From Eubacteriales bacterium (GTDB lineage Bacteria; Bacillota; Clostridia; Oscillospirales; CAG-272): a stretch of 64,000 nucleotides of DNA. The notes below the pieces were generated by a model. That model saw only the letters and a list, made by a program, of their open reading frames with translations. It searched no databases and had not been told where the DNA came from. The stretch covers positions 251,866 to 315,865 of the forward strand of contig JAZRRX010000039.1 in assembly GCA_045651165.1 (NCBI GenBank), in the 5' to 3' direction. The position numbers and the translations under genes are program-made. Of this stretch, positions 46,104 through 54,702 are shown in pieces. The number at the start of each line of letters is the position of its first letter. Position 1 is the stretch's first letter.

Positions 46104-46820
46104 TCATTTCTCATCAAGCCAAGGTGCAAGTACCTCTGATAATTTAGTATAGTCATCAATCGTTATAAATTTAAAGTCTGATTTATATACGCTTTCATCA
46201 TTTCCACCGCAACCGTAATCGTCACCCACAAATGCTACCTCACCGTGTTCAAATCCGTTTTCCCTGCACCACAAATCAAGTGCATAATATTTGTTGAATG
46301 GCTTGGGTGCCATGTCAAATGAGGAAGAACCGCCAACGAATACATTATAATCAGGGAATGCCGCACAAACCTCATCATAAATAAAGCGACGTTTTTTTCT
46401 ATCTGGATCAAATTTCAATTTGTCTTCATTTTGAGCTTTAGTTTCAAGTATGGGGAATGTCAAGCATCCCGAAGCATGATATTCAACATTATCACCCGAA
46501 AATTCAGTAAATCCATATTTTTCTCTTAAGCTATAAGCTATTTTTTCAACGCATTCACGATTCTGACATACAACGCCATCGTCACGGACAATCTTAAGTT
46601 CTCCACTTTCATACTTGGCATATTGCATTCCGTAATTTCCTATAATGTCAATCGGGAAACCGCCAAGCTGTTGATATATGCGCAAACAATTACCTGCTCC
46701 TACCATTAATAGCTTATATCTCTTTGCAAGATTTTCAAGCACTGCACGATTTTTATCATCTATAGGTGTTTTGTGTTGCGTTAAAGTTCCGTCAAGGTCA
46801 AATGCAAATATCTTTATCAT
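46104..46820 (-). CDS. HAD-IIB family hydrolase/phosphatase
   Basis: FAFDLDGTL motif I, a cap-type IIB layout, and GDDYGCGGND motif IV. Confidence 0.75.
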   Translation of the reverse strand: MIKIFAFDLDGTLTQHKTPIDDKNRAVLENLAKRYKLLMVGAGNCLRIYQQLGGFPIDIIGNYGMQYAKYESGELKIVRDDGVVCQNRECVEKIAYSLREKYGFTEFSGDNVEYHASGCLTFPILETKAQNEDKLKFDPDRKKRRFIYDEVCAAFPDYNVFVGGSSSFDMAPKPFNKYYALDLWCRENGFEHGEVAFVGDDYGCGGNDESVYKSDFKFITIDDYTKLSEVLAPWLDEK

Positions 46821-46853
46821 ATTTTACTCCTAATTTATATTGTTATATTTTGC

Positions 46854-47210
46854 CTAAATTTTGGTATTTCTTGTTGTTACCACGTTTGCTCCCGTACCCA
46901 AAATGTTCTCGATAACTATGTATCCTACCTGAGCATCTTTTGGAACACGTGAAAGGTTAATCTCCTTCATACACTCAAACAAAAGATCTTTTGGAATCGA
47001 CTTATCCGTCTTCACAGGCACCACTCCACCACCTTCAATCGGCGCTGTTGTTGTGAGTGTTCTCATAGGAGATTTAAATTCGTCCCCGGCATATTCAAGC
47101 CCTCTTTTGCAAGTGTATCCTTCAACCGAAACGACCTTTTTATTATCATCAAGCTCAACCTTGAGCTGACATCCCTTAGGACAAACGATACATGTTAATT
47201 CGCGTACCAT
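46854..47210 (-). CDS. DUF1667 protein (third subunit of the GlpA-like oxidoreductase cluster)
   Basis: MVRELTCIVCPKGCQLKV... ATG 47210 has a GGAGGG RBS 11 nt after the upstream stop. Confidence 0.7.
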   Translation of the reverse strand: MVRELTCIVCPKGCQLKVELDDNKKVVSVEGYTCKRGLEYAGDEFKSPMRTLTTTAPIEGGGVVPVKTDKSIPKDLLFECMKEINLSRVPKDAQVGYIVIENILGTGANVVTTRNTKI

Positions 47211-47221
47211 ACTACCCTCCA

Positions 47222-48469
47222 TCATTCTTCTATCGCGAAGAAAAGCGTATCTCCGCAAATTCCGTTAATCATCTCACTTGTTAAAGTTACAGTTTCCATC
47301 TCACCTGGCGCAACCTTAAGCTTTTTCCTGTTTACAAGGAGCTTTTCTCCGTCGCGAACAGTAATTCTTATGTCACGGTATACGTCCGAAACTCTGAAAT
47401 ATACTGTAACATCCTCATTTGCGCTTATTCTTTGAGGAACGGTATATCTCACCCTACCGTCAGTGACAAGCTTAATGCTTTTGTTAGAAAACGCGTTACC
47501 CTTAATAAATTCAGCAGCGGCACGACCTGCAATAGTAGCCTCCTCGGACACATAGTCAACCAGATCGTGCACGTGAAGAACGTTTCCACAAGCATAAACA
47601 CCGGGAATATCAGTCTGTCTGTTCTGGTCAACAAAAGCACCACCTGTAATTCTATCAAGAGGAATGGATGCGCTCTTGGTAAGCTCATTTTCGGGAATAA
47701 GACCAACCGAAAGAAGCAGAGTATCGCACTCGATGTATTGCTTGGTTTTTTCAATGGGTTTGCGTCTTTCATCCACCTTTGCTATCGTAACGCCTGTAAC
47801 TCTTTCCTTGCCGTGAATTTCAACAACGGTGTGACTCAACAAAAGCGGAATATCAAAATCATTAAGACATTGTTGGATATTACGCGCAAGACCACCGGAA
47901 TACGGCATAAGCTCACAAACCGCCTTAACTTCTGCGCCCTCAAGCGTCATTCTTCTTGCCATAATAAGTCCTATATCACCCGAGCCGAGTATAACTACCT
48001 TTTTTCCAGGCATATATCCGTCCATGTTAACAAATTTTTGAGCAGTTCCCGCGGTGAAAACACCCGACGGACGAGTCCCTGCAATATTAAGAGCACCCTT
48101 CGGGCGTTCTCTGCATCCCATAGCAAGTATTATGGATTTTGATTCAACAGTAAAAATCCCGTCCTCACTGTTTATGGCGGTCACAACCTTATCGGGAGTG
48201 ATATCGAGAACCATAGTGCCGAGCTTGAAGGCAATATTGCGATCCCTTACCTGTTTCTCATAGCGGTAAGCATATTCGGGACCTGTAAGCTCTTCCTTAA
48301 AGCGATGAAGTCCAAATCCGTTGTGGATACACTGCCGAAGAATACCTCCAAGACTTGTATCACGTTCAAGAATGAGAATATTTCTGATACCCGCGTCGTA
48401 TGCCGCAACTGCAGCGCTCATACCTGCAGGGCCACCGCCAACTATAACAAGATCAGCTTTTATAGTCAT
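47222..48469 (-). CDS. FAD/NAD(P)-dependent pyridine nucleotide-disulfide-family oxidoreductase
   Basis: Two dinucleotide motifs, VIVGGGPAGMSAA and VVILGSGDIGL. Confidence 0.8.
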   Translation of the reverse strand: MTIKADLVIVGGGPAGMSAAVAAYDAGIRNILILERDTSLGGILRQCIHNGFGLHRFKEELTGPEYAYRYEKQVRDRNIAFKLGTMVLDITPDKVVTAINSEDGIFTVESKSIILAMGCRERPKGALNIAGTRPSGVFTAGTAQKFVNMDGYMPGKKVVILGSGDIGLIMARRMTLEGAEVKAVCELMPYSGGLARNIQQCLNDFDIPLLLSHTVVEIHGKERVTGVTIAKVDERRKPIEKTKQYIECDTLLLSVGLIPENELTKSASIPLDRITGGAFVDQNRQTDIPGVYACGNVLHVHDLVDYVSEEATIAGRAAAEFIKGNAFSNKSIKLVTDGRVRYTVPQRISANEDVTVYFRVSDVYRDIRITVRDGEKLLVNRKKLKVAPGEMETVTLTSEMINGICGDTLFFAIEE

Positions 48470-48470
48470 A

Positions 48471-49901
48471 TCAGTTGTCCCCCTTTGTCTTACCGTAATT
48501 TATAATTGAATTAGAACCCGATTTTGTCACACTTTCAAACGGAACACCAAGTTCTCTTGCAATGATTGACACAACGATGGGTGAACAAAATCCACCCTGA
48601 CATCTACCCATACCGCTTCTTGTCCTTCGCTTTATACCGTCAACGTCACGCGCGCTTGGATTTCTGTGCACAGCTTCAATTATCTCGCCCTCTGTGATAC
48701 CCTCGCAACGACATACAATGCGTCCGTATTCGGCATGCTCTTTGATAATGGCATTTTTTTCTTCTTCATTAAGATTGTTAAAATAGTGAACGGGCTTGCG
48801 TGTTCCAACATAATTTTCATTCTTTTCTGAGATTGCACCTATATTGCAAAGAAATTCTTCAACATATTCTGCAATCGCAGGAGCTGATGAAAGACCTGGG
48901 CTTTCAATGCCACCAAGAGTAATTACTCCATCTCTCTCCTTGATAATAAAATCACCCTTGTCCCCTACCGCGCGCAGACCGCAGAAGGATGTTATAACCT
49001 TATTAAAGGGCAAATTTGAAACGTTTTCTGCGGATTTTGCAAACAATGTTACAAAGCCCTCCACAGTTGTTGCATAATTGTCTTTTCCTTCAATATTTAC
49101 AGCCGTTGGACCTACTAGAAGATTACCGTCGACTGTGGGAGTAATCAATATTCCCTTACCCATCTTTGTGGGAGTATGGAAAATCGTTCTTTGTACAAAG
49201 GAACCGCATTCCTTATCAAGCACCATATATTCTCCGCGCCTTGTAGTGATTTTGAAATCACAGTCTCCCGTCATTTCTGCAATATCGTCAGAATATGCAC
49301 CCGCACAGTTTATGATATATTTTGTATTAACGGCACGTCCGTCCAAGGATTTTACGATATAACCGTCCGACATTTTATCAATACCTGTTACTTCATAATC
49401 AAGAAGAAGTTCAACTCCGTTATCCATAGCATTTCCAATGGCAGCAATGCAAAGTTCGTAAGGACAAACTATAGCACTTGTCTCAGAAAGAAGCGCACAG
49501 GAAAGCTCGGGATTGAGATTCTTCTCTAAGCTGTGGAGTTCCTCTCGCTCCACGATGCGAAGTCCTTTGATACCGATGGCGATACCGTTGCGATAAAGCG
49601 CCTCGACCTCTGCTCTCTCATTTTCAAATGCGACAATAAGCGCCTGATTGTTATTATATTTTACGCCAAGACGCTCGCAAACCTTGGGCATAAGCTCCGA
49701 GCCGCGCTTATTCATACGTGCCTTAAGCGAACCTACCACAGGGTCAAATCCGCCGTGAACTATGGCGCTGTTCGCCTTGGTAGCCCCCATAGCAACATCC
49801 CCTAATTTTTCAAGCATACAAACTCTTACATTGTATCTGGAAAGAGTTTCTGCAATCATCCCACCGACAACTCCGGCGCCGATAATAACTATATCGTACA
49901 T
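48471..49901 (-). CDS. FAD-dependent glycerol-3-phosphate dehydrogenase/oxidase-like protein with BFD-type [2Fe-2S] domain
   Basis: MYDIVIIGAGVVGG, then CRCEGITEGEI...GMGRCQGGFC. ATG 49901 is 6 nt after GGAGA. The track N-terminal extension was rejected. Confidence 0.8.
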   Translation of the reverse strand: MYDIVIIGAGVVGGMIAETLSRYNVRVCMLEKLGDVAMGATKANSAIVHGGFDPVVGSLKARMNKRGSELMPKVCERLGVKYNNNQALIVAFENERAEVEALYRNGIAIGIKGLRIVEREELHSLEKNLNPELSCALLSETSAIVCPYELCIAAIGNAMDNGVELLLDYEVTGIDKMSDGYIVKSLDGRAVNTKYIINCAGAYSDDIAEMTGDCDFKITTRRGEYMVLDKECGSFVQRTIFHTPTKMGKGILITPTVDGNLLVGPTAVNIEGKDNYATTVEGFVTLFAKSAENVSNLPFNKVITSFCGLRAVGDKGDFIIKERDGVITLGGIESPGLSSAPAIAEYVEEFLCNIGAISEKNENYVGTRKPVHYFNNLNEEEKNAIIKEHAEYGRIVCRCEGITEGEIIEAVHRNPSARDVDGIKRRTRSGMGRCQGGFCSPIVVSIIARELGVPFESVTKSGSNSIINYGKTKGDN

Positions 49902-49933
49902 TACCATTCTCCTTTTAAATAACCTTATTAAAC

Positions 49934-49976
49934 AACAAAAAAAGACACGAGAAAACACGGAGCAAAATCTCCGGTT
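49934..49976 (-). terminator. Candidate leader terminator in the 5' UTR of the GlpA-like operon (possible GlpP target)
   Basis: The minus-strand RNA reads ACCGGAGauuuugCUCCGUGU followed by UUUCUCGUGUCUUUUUUU. The stem is short and bulged. Confidence 0.3.
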
Positions 49977-50022
49977 TTTAACGCATCTCCAAATCTCATT
50001 GCGATATTAAATTTACCTATTT

Positions 50023-50050
50023 ATTATAACACAAATAATAATTTTGTCAA
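50023..50050 (-). promoter_or_regulatory. Sigma-A promoter of the GlpA-like operon
   Basis: Minus strand reads TTGACA (50045-50050), 16-nt spacer, TGT-TATAAT (50023-50028). Confidence 0.6.
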
Positions 50051-50069
50051 TATATTATAGAAATTTATA

Positions 50070-50098
50070 TTGACACAACTGCTACAATCTTTTATAAT
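50070..50098 (+). promoter_or_regulatory. Sigma-A promoter of glpP
   Basis: TTGACA (50070-50075), 17-nt spacer, TATAAT (50093-50098). Confidence 0.65.
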
Positions 50099-50132
50099 AT
50101 TTATAGAAGGTATAGTAACATCGGAGGTAAGT

Positions 50133-50678
50133 ATGCTTGATTTTGAAACCTATCCTATAATAGCCGCAATTAGAACAATGGAAGATTTTCTTATTGCAAT
50201 AGATTCCGATATACAAACAGTATTTTTGCTCAGCACAGAATTGTCTCAAGTACCCGAATACTGTGAGCTTGCACATCGCAAAAACAAGATTTTATTTGTT
50301 CACTTGGATTTTGTCAACGGACTCAGTAATGATGCTCATGGTGTAAAATATTTAGCTTCAATGGGAATTGACGGTATAATAAGTACAAGATCAAATGTAA
50401 TTTCAGCCGCACACGAATGCAAACTTATGTCAGTACAACGATTTTTTATGATAGATTCTCGCTCGGTCGATACGGCGCTTGAAACTCTTTTAAGCTCAAA
50501 GGCCTCTATGATAGAGGTGATGCCGGTCATCGCCTATAAAGCGATATCCAAGATAAAAAAACACATCAAAATTCCAATAATTGCAGGTGGACTTATAAAT
50601 TCAAGAGATGAATGCTTTAGGGCTCTCAACGAGGGAGCATCTATGATCTCCACTGGTGAGCGTTCCCTTTGGCAATAA
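50133..50678 (+). CDS. glpP: Glycerol-3-phosphate-responsive antiterminator
   Basis: The 181-aa length fits the GlpP family, as do PIIAAIR...FLLS and GIDGIISTR...IAGGLI. Start at ATG 50133. Confidence 0.8.
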   Translation: MLDFETYPIIAAIRTMEDFLIAIDSDIQTVFLLSTELSQVPEYCELAHRKNKILFVHLDFVNGLSNDAHGVKYLASMGIDGIISTRSNVISAAHECKLMSVQRFFMIDSRSVDTALETLLSSKASMIEVMPVIAYKAISKIKKHIKIPIIAGGLINSRDECFRALNEGASMISTGERSLWQ

Positions 50679-50689
50679 AATACGATGAA

Positions 50690-50723
50690 AAGCAGGCAGT
50701 GTATAATTTACTGCCTGCTTTTT
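50690..50723. terminator. Bidirectional intrinsic terminator
   Basis: AAGCAGGCAGT/ACTGCCTGCTT 11-bp stem plus a T-run. Confidence 0.75.
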
Positions 50724-50729
50724 ATTGGA

Positions 50730-51551
50730 TTAATACATCAATTTATCGACATCAGCAAGTGAGTCAAATACAAAATCGGGCTTATCAGATATATCTGCTT
50801 TTTCAACATCTTCTTCTGTAGTCTCTCCCGACAAAACAAGCACTGATGTAACACCGAAATTCTTTCCAAGAGCGATATCGGTATACAGTCTATCGCCGAA
50901 GATACACATCTCGTCATTATCGAATCCGGTGAATTTGCCAATCATTTCGATGGTTTCTTTATATGGCTTTCCAAAATATGTAGGCACCTTTCCTGTGGAT
51001 GCGGTTATAAGTGCCGCAATAGCTCCGCTATCTGGAATAAATCCATCCTCTGTAGGACAGTTGAAATCAGGATGAGTAGAAATATACTCCGCGCCGTTTC
51101 TGATCAGTCTGCAAGCAATATTGAGTTTTTCGTATGTCAATGACGTATCAAAGCTACTCACAACAATGTCTGCAATTGGATTTTCTTCTCCGTTCACCAC
51201 TTTAACACCCTTGTTTTTATATTCTTCAACAAGCTCATCGGTTGCAACCATATATACTGTTTTGTCTTTTTTATATGCAAGCAAAAACTCTCGTGTAACA
51301 TCCCCCGATGTCATTATTTCATCCTCTTGCGGATCAAATCCAAGTTTTGAGAGCTTGTTAAAATAAAAGCTAGAGGTATGTGATGCATTGTTTGTAAAAA
51401 ACAATACTTTTTTGCCACTACTTCTTAAATTTTTAATAAAACGTTTCGCAAACTCAAACGAAACTCCACCAAGATAAATGGTTCCGTCCATATCAAAAAT
51501 AAACAACTTTTTATTCTTGATGATTTCAATATCGGGGTTTTTAAAATTCAT
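50730..51551 (-). CDS. HAD-IIA family sugar phosphatase (AraL/NagD-like)
   Basis: FIFDMDGTIYLG motif I, FFTNNAS motif II, and GDRLYTDI motif IV. Confidence 0.8.
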   Translation of the reverse strand: MNFKNPDIEIIKNKKLFIFDMDGTIYLGGVSFEFAKRFIKNLRSSGKKVLFFTNNASHTSSFYFNKLSKLGFDPQEDEIMTSGDVTREFLLAYKKDKTVYMVATDELVEEYKNKGVKVVNGEENPIADIVVSSFDTSLTYEKLNIACRLIRNGAEYISTHPDFNCPTEDGFIPDSGAIAALITASTGKVPTYFGKPYKETIEMIGKFTGFDNDEMCIFGDRLYTDIALGKNFGVTSVLVLSGETTEEDVEKADISDKPDFVFDSLADVDKLMY

Positions 51552-51566
51552 ATTTCACCTTATTAA

Positions 51567-52757
51567 TCATTTGTTTTGAGTATTTAACGTATCAAGCAAA
51601 GCATCGGTCGCTTTTTCTGCATATTCTTCAAACTTTCCTTGGTCTCGCAAATAGAAAAGAATAGTATATCTATCTCTCATAATGAGCGCACGGTGAATAC
51701 CGTCAATGATTACCTGTGCATCTGTTACAGTTGGAGGCACATTCATCTTAACGCAAAAATCCTCAACCGCATCAAAATACGGAATATATTTGGCAATCAA
51801 TTCTTTAAGATGCTCATCACTTGTTTCCTGATAAAGCATTTTATACATTATAGACACAAGACGCGTCGCCTCGCACACCTCAAGTCCATGCAAATGAGGA
51901 TGATTTCCGTGCTCTATATCATAAAGCTCCCATGCGTGAGCAATTATGTGTTCAGAACCCGATGCAGGACGCGAATTTCCTGTGTATGCCATGCCAAGAC
52001 CTGTTACAAGAAATCCTTCCATAATATTCTTGATGCATTCTTTATCGCGCTTTGCCAGCTCATATCCGTTCTCAAGACATTTATTGGTCGCATCAATAAC
52101 GTCTTTTGCAATTTTGTCACAGAAATATTCTCCCGAATAATCTCTTGCAAGCTCCCAGTCAAGAATACCTATGTATTTGCCAAACATATCACCAATGCCT
52201 GCAAGCATCATATCGAACGGAGCATCCTTGAGAATATCGAGGTCTCCTATAATATATTTAGGAGTTGTACACTGAATGGTCGCCTTTGAACCGTTGAAGA
52301 GAAAGGGCGTGCCAGCAGATGCATATCCGTCCATAGAGGGTGCTGTTCCAACAACTCCGTATGGAAGGTTGAGACGGTAACTTGCAAGACGGCAAGAGTC
52401 ATTTACAGTTCCCGAACCAACTGCCAAAATAAAATCAGGAAGCTCTGAATATGCAAATATATTGGGTTTTGCAACAGGATCGCTTGCATTAAGAATAATT
52501 TCCCCCAAAGTATCTGTGTTCGGCAATATTACTTCTCCTTCAAGAACGCATGTACGATAATACTTTCCTGCCTCTTTAAGTATTTTCTCAACAGCCTCTC
52601 CCGCAGCGGCATATGTATTACTATCCGCCACCATATATACTTTACTGTAATCCTTGAGTATTTCTGGTAGATTTTTTATTGCTCCCGATGAAATATCGTA
52701 GCCCTCCAAGGGTGCTTTGTGAGAACCCATTGAGCAACCACATTCAAATTTTATCAT
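51567..52757 (-). CDS. sn-glycerol-1-phosphate dehydrogenase-like (AraM/EgsA family, Fe-ADH fold)
   Basis: GSGTVNDSCRLASY...APSMDGYAS and SGSEHIIAHAWE fit the G1PDH pattern. The 396-aa length is close to AraM. Confidence 0.7.
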   Translation of the reverse strand: MIKFECGCSMGSHKAPLEGYDISSGAIKNLPEILKDYSKVYMVADSNTYAAAGEAVEKILKEAGKYYRTCVLEGEVILPNTDTLGEIILNASDPVAKPNIFAYSELPDFILAVGSGTVNDSCRLASYRLNLPYGVVGTAPSMDGYASAGTPFLFNGSKATIQCTTPKYIIGDLDILKDAPFDMMLAGIGDMFGKYIGILDWELARDYSGEYFCDKIAKDVIDATNKCLENGYELAKRDKECIKNIMEGFLVTGLGMAYTGNSRPASGSEHIIAHAWELYDIEHGNHPHLHGLEVCEATRLVSIMYKMLYQETSDEHLKELIAKYIPYFDAVEDFCVKMNVPPTVTDAQVIIDGIHRALIMRDRYTILFYLRDQGKFEEYAEKATDALLDTLNTQNK

Positions 52758-52831
52758 ATACTTTTATCTCCTATACATTTTTCCATTACTTCAAACAATA
52801 TAAGTATGATGCCATCTACACTTTTAATAAT

Positions 52832-52859
52832 ATTATAACTTTACACATTATATTGTCAA
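52832..52859 (-). promoter_or_regulatory. Sigma-A promoter of the AraM-like/AraL-like operon
   Basis: Minus strand reads TTGACA (52854-52859), 16-nt spacer, TATAAT (52832-52837). Confidence 0.55.
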
Positions 52860-52887
52860 TAGTTTTTTGAAAAAATTATGCATCTCC

Positions 52888-53067
52888 CTACCCATCAACC
52901 ACAATTCTTTTAGAGATTGATATTATTGCATTTGTGAACCGAACTGACTGTGTCAATGTTGTCTGCAACTGGTCACCTTCACGGATTCGCATAGTGTGGC
53001 GGATTTCTTTTGGGATAACTACACGCCCTAAATCGTCCATTCTTCTCACAATTACCTTTGCTTTCAT
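52888..53067 (-). CDS. AbrB-fold mini-protein (59 aa), SpoVT N-domain paralogue or gene fragment
   Basis: Not in the ORF track because it is under 60 aa. Translated by hand: MKAKVIVRRMDDLGRVVIPKEIRHTMRIREGDQLQTTLTQSVRFTNAIISISKRIVVDG, stop TAG at 52888-52890. 28 of the first 33 residues match SpoVT. The SD is weak (AATGAGA). Confidence 0.5.
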   Translation of the reverse strand: MKAKVIVRRMDDLGRVVIPKEIRHTMRIREGDQLQTTLTQSVRFTNAIISISKRIVVDG

Positions 53068-53153
53068 ATATAAAATCTCATTTTATTAATCACCATTTTG
53101 CAAATTTTTGTTGCTATTTGAATTTTTATTTTATTTGTAATTCATTCTTATTT
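52951..53153. repeat. Direct repeat copy A (203 bp)
   Basis: Aligns without gaps to 59233-59435 at an offset of 6282 bp. I counted 14 mismatches by hand. Confidence 0.85.
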
Positions 53154-53156
53154 TTT

Positions 53157-53188
53157 AAAAAGCCCTGCGCGGTTGCGCAGGGCTTTTT
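53157..53188. terminator. Bidirectional intrinsic terminator ending the rha operon
   Basis: AGCCCTGCGC ggtt GCGCAGGGCT, flanked by AAAA and TTTT. Confidence 0.8.
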
Positions 53189-53202
53189 GTATTATGATTA
53201 GA

Positions 53203-54678
53203 TTATTTCTGAGGATTTTGATAATCAATGTTATAGAAAGTTTCTACTGTCCATACTTCGCCTTTTTGTGGGCTTCGTCCATTTTCGGGAGATTCAAATG
53301 AAACGTAAAGCTTATTATCCAACTGAGTTGTACGAAGCTTAATATGCATCTCATTAACCTTTACAGAATCATCTATAATTGTAAATCCTGCTTCTGCAGA
53401 TACACCACTAGTAGAGCTTGAATACTTAACCAAACGATTATTCATATTGCTAAGCACATCCTCTATTTGTGTAACGGGAGGCTTGGTTGTATATTTGCCT
53501 AAAGAGTTTCCATTTTCATCAAATGTTTCAAAGCTTTCACAAACAAGCTTGCCTTCATCAGTTTCGCGGCGCATAGTAAACATCTGCATATAGAATTGAT
53601 TAAGATGGAAACCATCATCAAGCCAAGTTACAGACTGTCTGTTGTTAACACCATCGGCAGTGAACAAGAAATTCTGATCGTGCGCCATCATTTTTCGGCC
53701 ATAGGAATCACTCGTACTTGTACCCCAAGCATAGATTGTTGTGCTTTGAATAAACTGAACACTTGAGCAAGAAAGAACCGTTTTGCTTGCAACATTTTTA
53801 AGAGCAATTTCAACACCATCTGCAAGAAGCTTTACAGATTCTATATACTCATCACCGTGAAATCCTCCAACGAAATCGCGCGCCTCGGTTGAAGATGCCT
53901 CTTGAAGCATCTGTTGAGCCGCAGGTGTAATAGTGTTCATATCAACTTGATTTTGTTTAACCGCAAGAGAAATTTCACCAGATGTAAGAACCTCAAATAG
54001 ATTAGAAAATTCTACACCATCATCTTTTACTGAGTGAATTTTCACAAGCTGTGCAGTACGTATTCTGTAATTATATACATTTGAAGTGGAATTGGATTTA
54101 TAAATATCTCTATTATTATTGCTTTCCAAAATCATATTATATCTTACATAATATAATCCACTTTCATCAGAAGTGCGCACATAAATATAGAAAGAACTGT
54201 GTAAATCTCCACTTGATGGCATAATCTCTAAGAGCACATCACCGGGAGCATATAATTTTTCATCCATAGCAGCCATCCAAATAAGCACTGTTTCAGTGCC
54301 ATTATTAGTAAATTGATAGTGATGTAATTCGTTTTCTTCAGTTGTAACATCAAAAGCAACCGAATTTGTTTTGCATTCAATAGTTGAATGTTGAACTCCA
54401 TCTACACTTAATTTCACAATCTGAGTCCCCTTTGTTGCTTGAGCCTCAAATTTAATGTTTGAAGCTTCGATATTTGCAAATGTTATTGTCTTGCCGGCTT
54501 CAAGCACATAAAGTTCCGTACCACAACGCTGACACTCTTGATTATGTGTCCAATTTGATGGTGAATCACTTACAGGTTCAGTATAACTTTCAAAATTAAA
54601 GTAAACAACTCCACCATATGTGCTTGTCATTATATGGCGCATGGCTAAAACATTGGAATTAGATGGTATATATATCAC
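53203..54678 (-). CDS. Hypothetical cytoplasmic protein (491 aa), last gene of the rha operon
   Basis: Long ORF 24 nt downstream of rhaD. Beta-rich, with no signal peptide and no family I recognise. None of the three candidate starts (GTG 54678, ATG 54642, ATG 54630) has an SD. Confidence 0.6.
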   Translation of the reverse strand: MIYIPSNSNVLAMRHIMTSTYGGVVYFNFESYTEPVSDSPSNWTHNQECQRCGTELYVLEAGKTITFANIEASNIKFEAQATKGTQIVKLSVDGVQHSTIECKTNSVAFDVTTEENELHHYQFTNNGTETVLIWMAAMDEKLYAPGDVLLEIMPSSGDLHSSFYIYVRTSDESGLYYVRYNMILESNNNRDIYKSNSTSNVYNYRIRTAQLVKIHSVKDDGVEFSNLFEVLTSGEISLAVKQNQVDMNTITPAAQQMLQEASSTEARDFVGGFHGDEYIESVKLLADGVEIALKNVASKTVLSCSSVQFIQSTTIYAWGTSTSDSYGRKMMAHDQNFLFTADGVNNRQSVTWLDDGFHLNQFYMQMFTMRRETDEGKLVCESFETFDENGNSLGKYTTKPPVTQIEDVLSNMNNRLVKYSSSTSGVSAEAGFTIIDDSVKVNEMHIKLRTTQLDNKLYVSFESPENGRSPQKGEVWTVETFYNIDYQNPQK

Positions 54679-54702
54679 TTGTGTTTGTTGGTATATACGA
54701 TA

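Noticed and set aside
49902-49958. The N-terminal extension MFSRVFFCCLIRLFKRRMV of the GlpA-like protein.
   Set aside because: GGAGA lies 6 nt before ATG 49901, and the FAD motif begins right at MYDIVIIGAG. The extension would cover the predicted leader hairpin.
52888-53067. The AbrB-fold mini-genes as MazE/AbrB-type antitoxins of toxin-antitoxin pairs.
   Set aside because: Neither copy has a downstream co-oriented toxin-sized ORF. Copy A is followed by the promoter of the araM-like operon. Copy B abuts the convergent araC-type gene. The DNA similarity to spoVT argues for a different origin.
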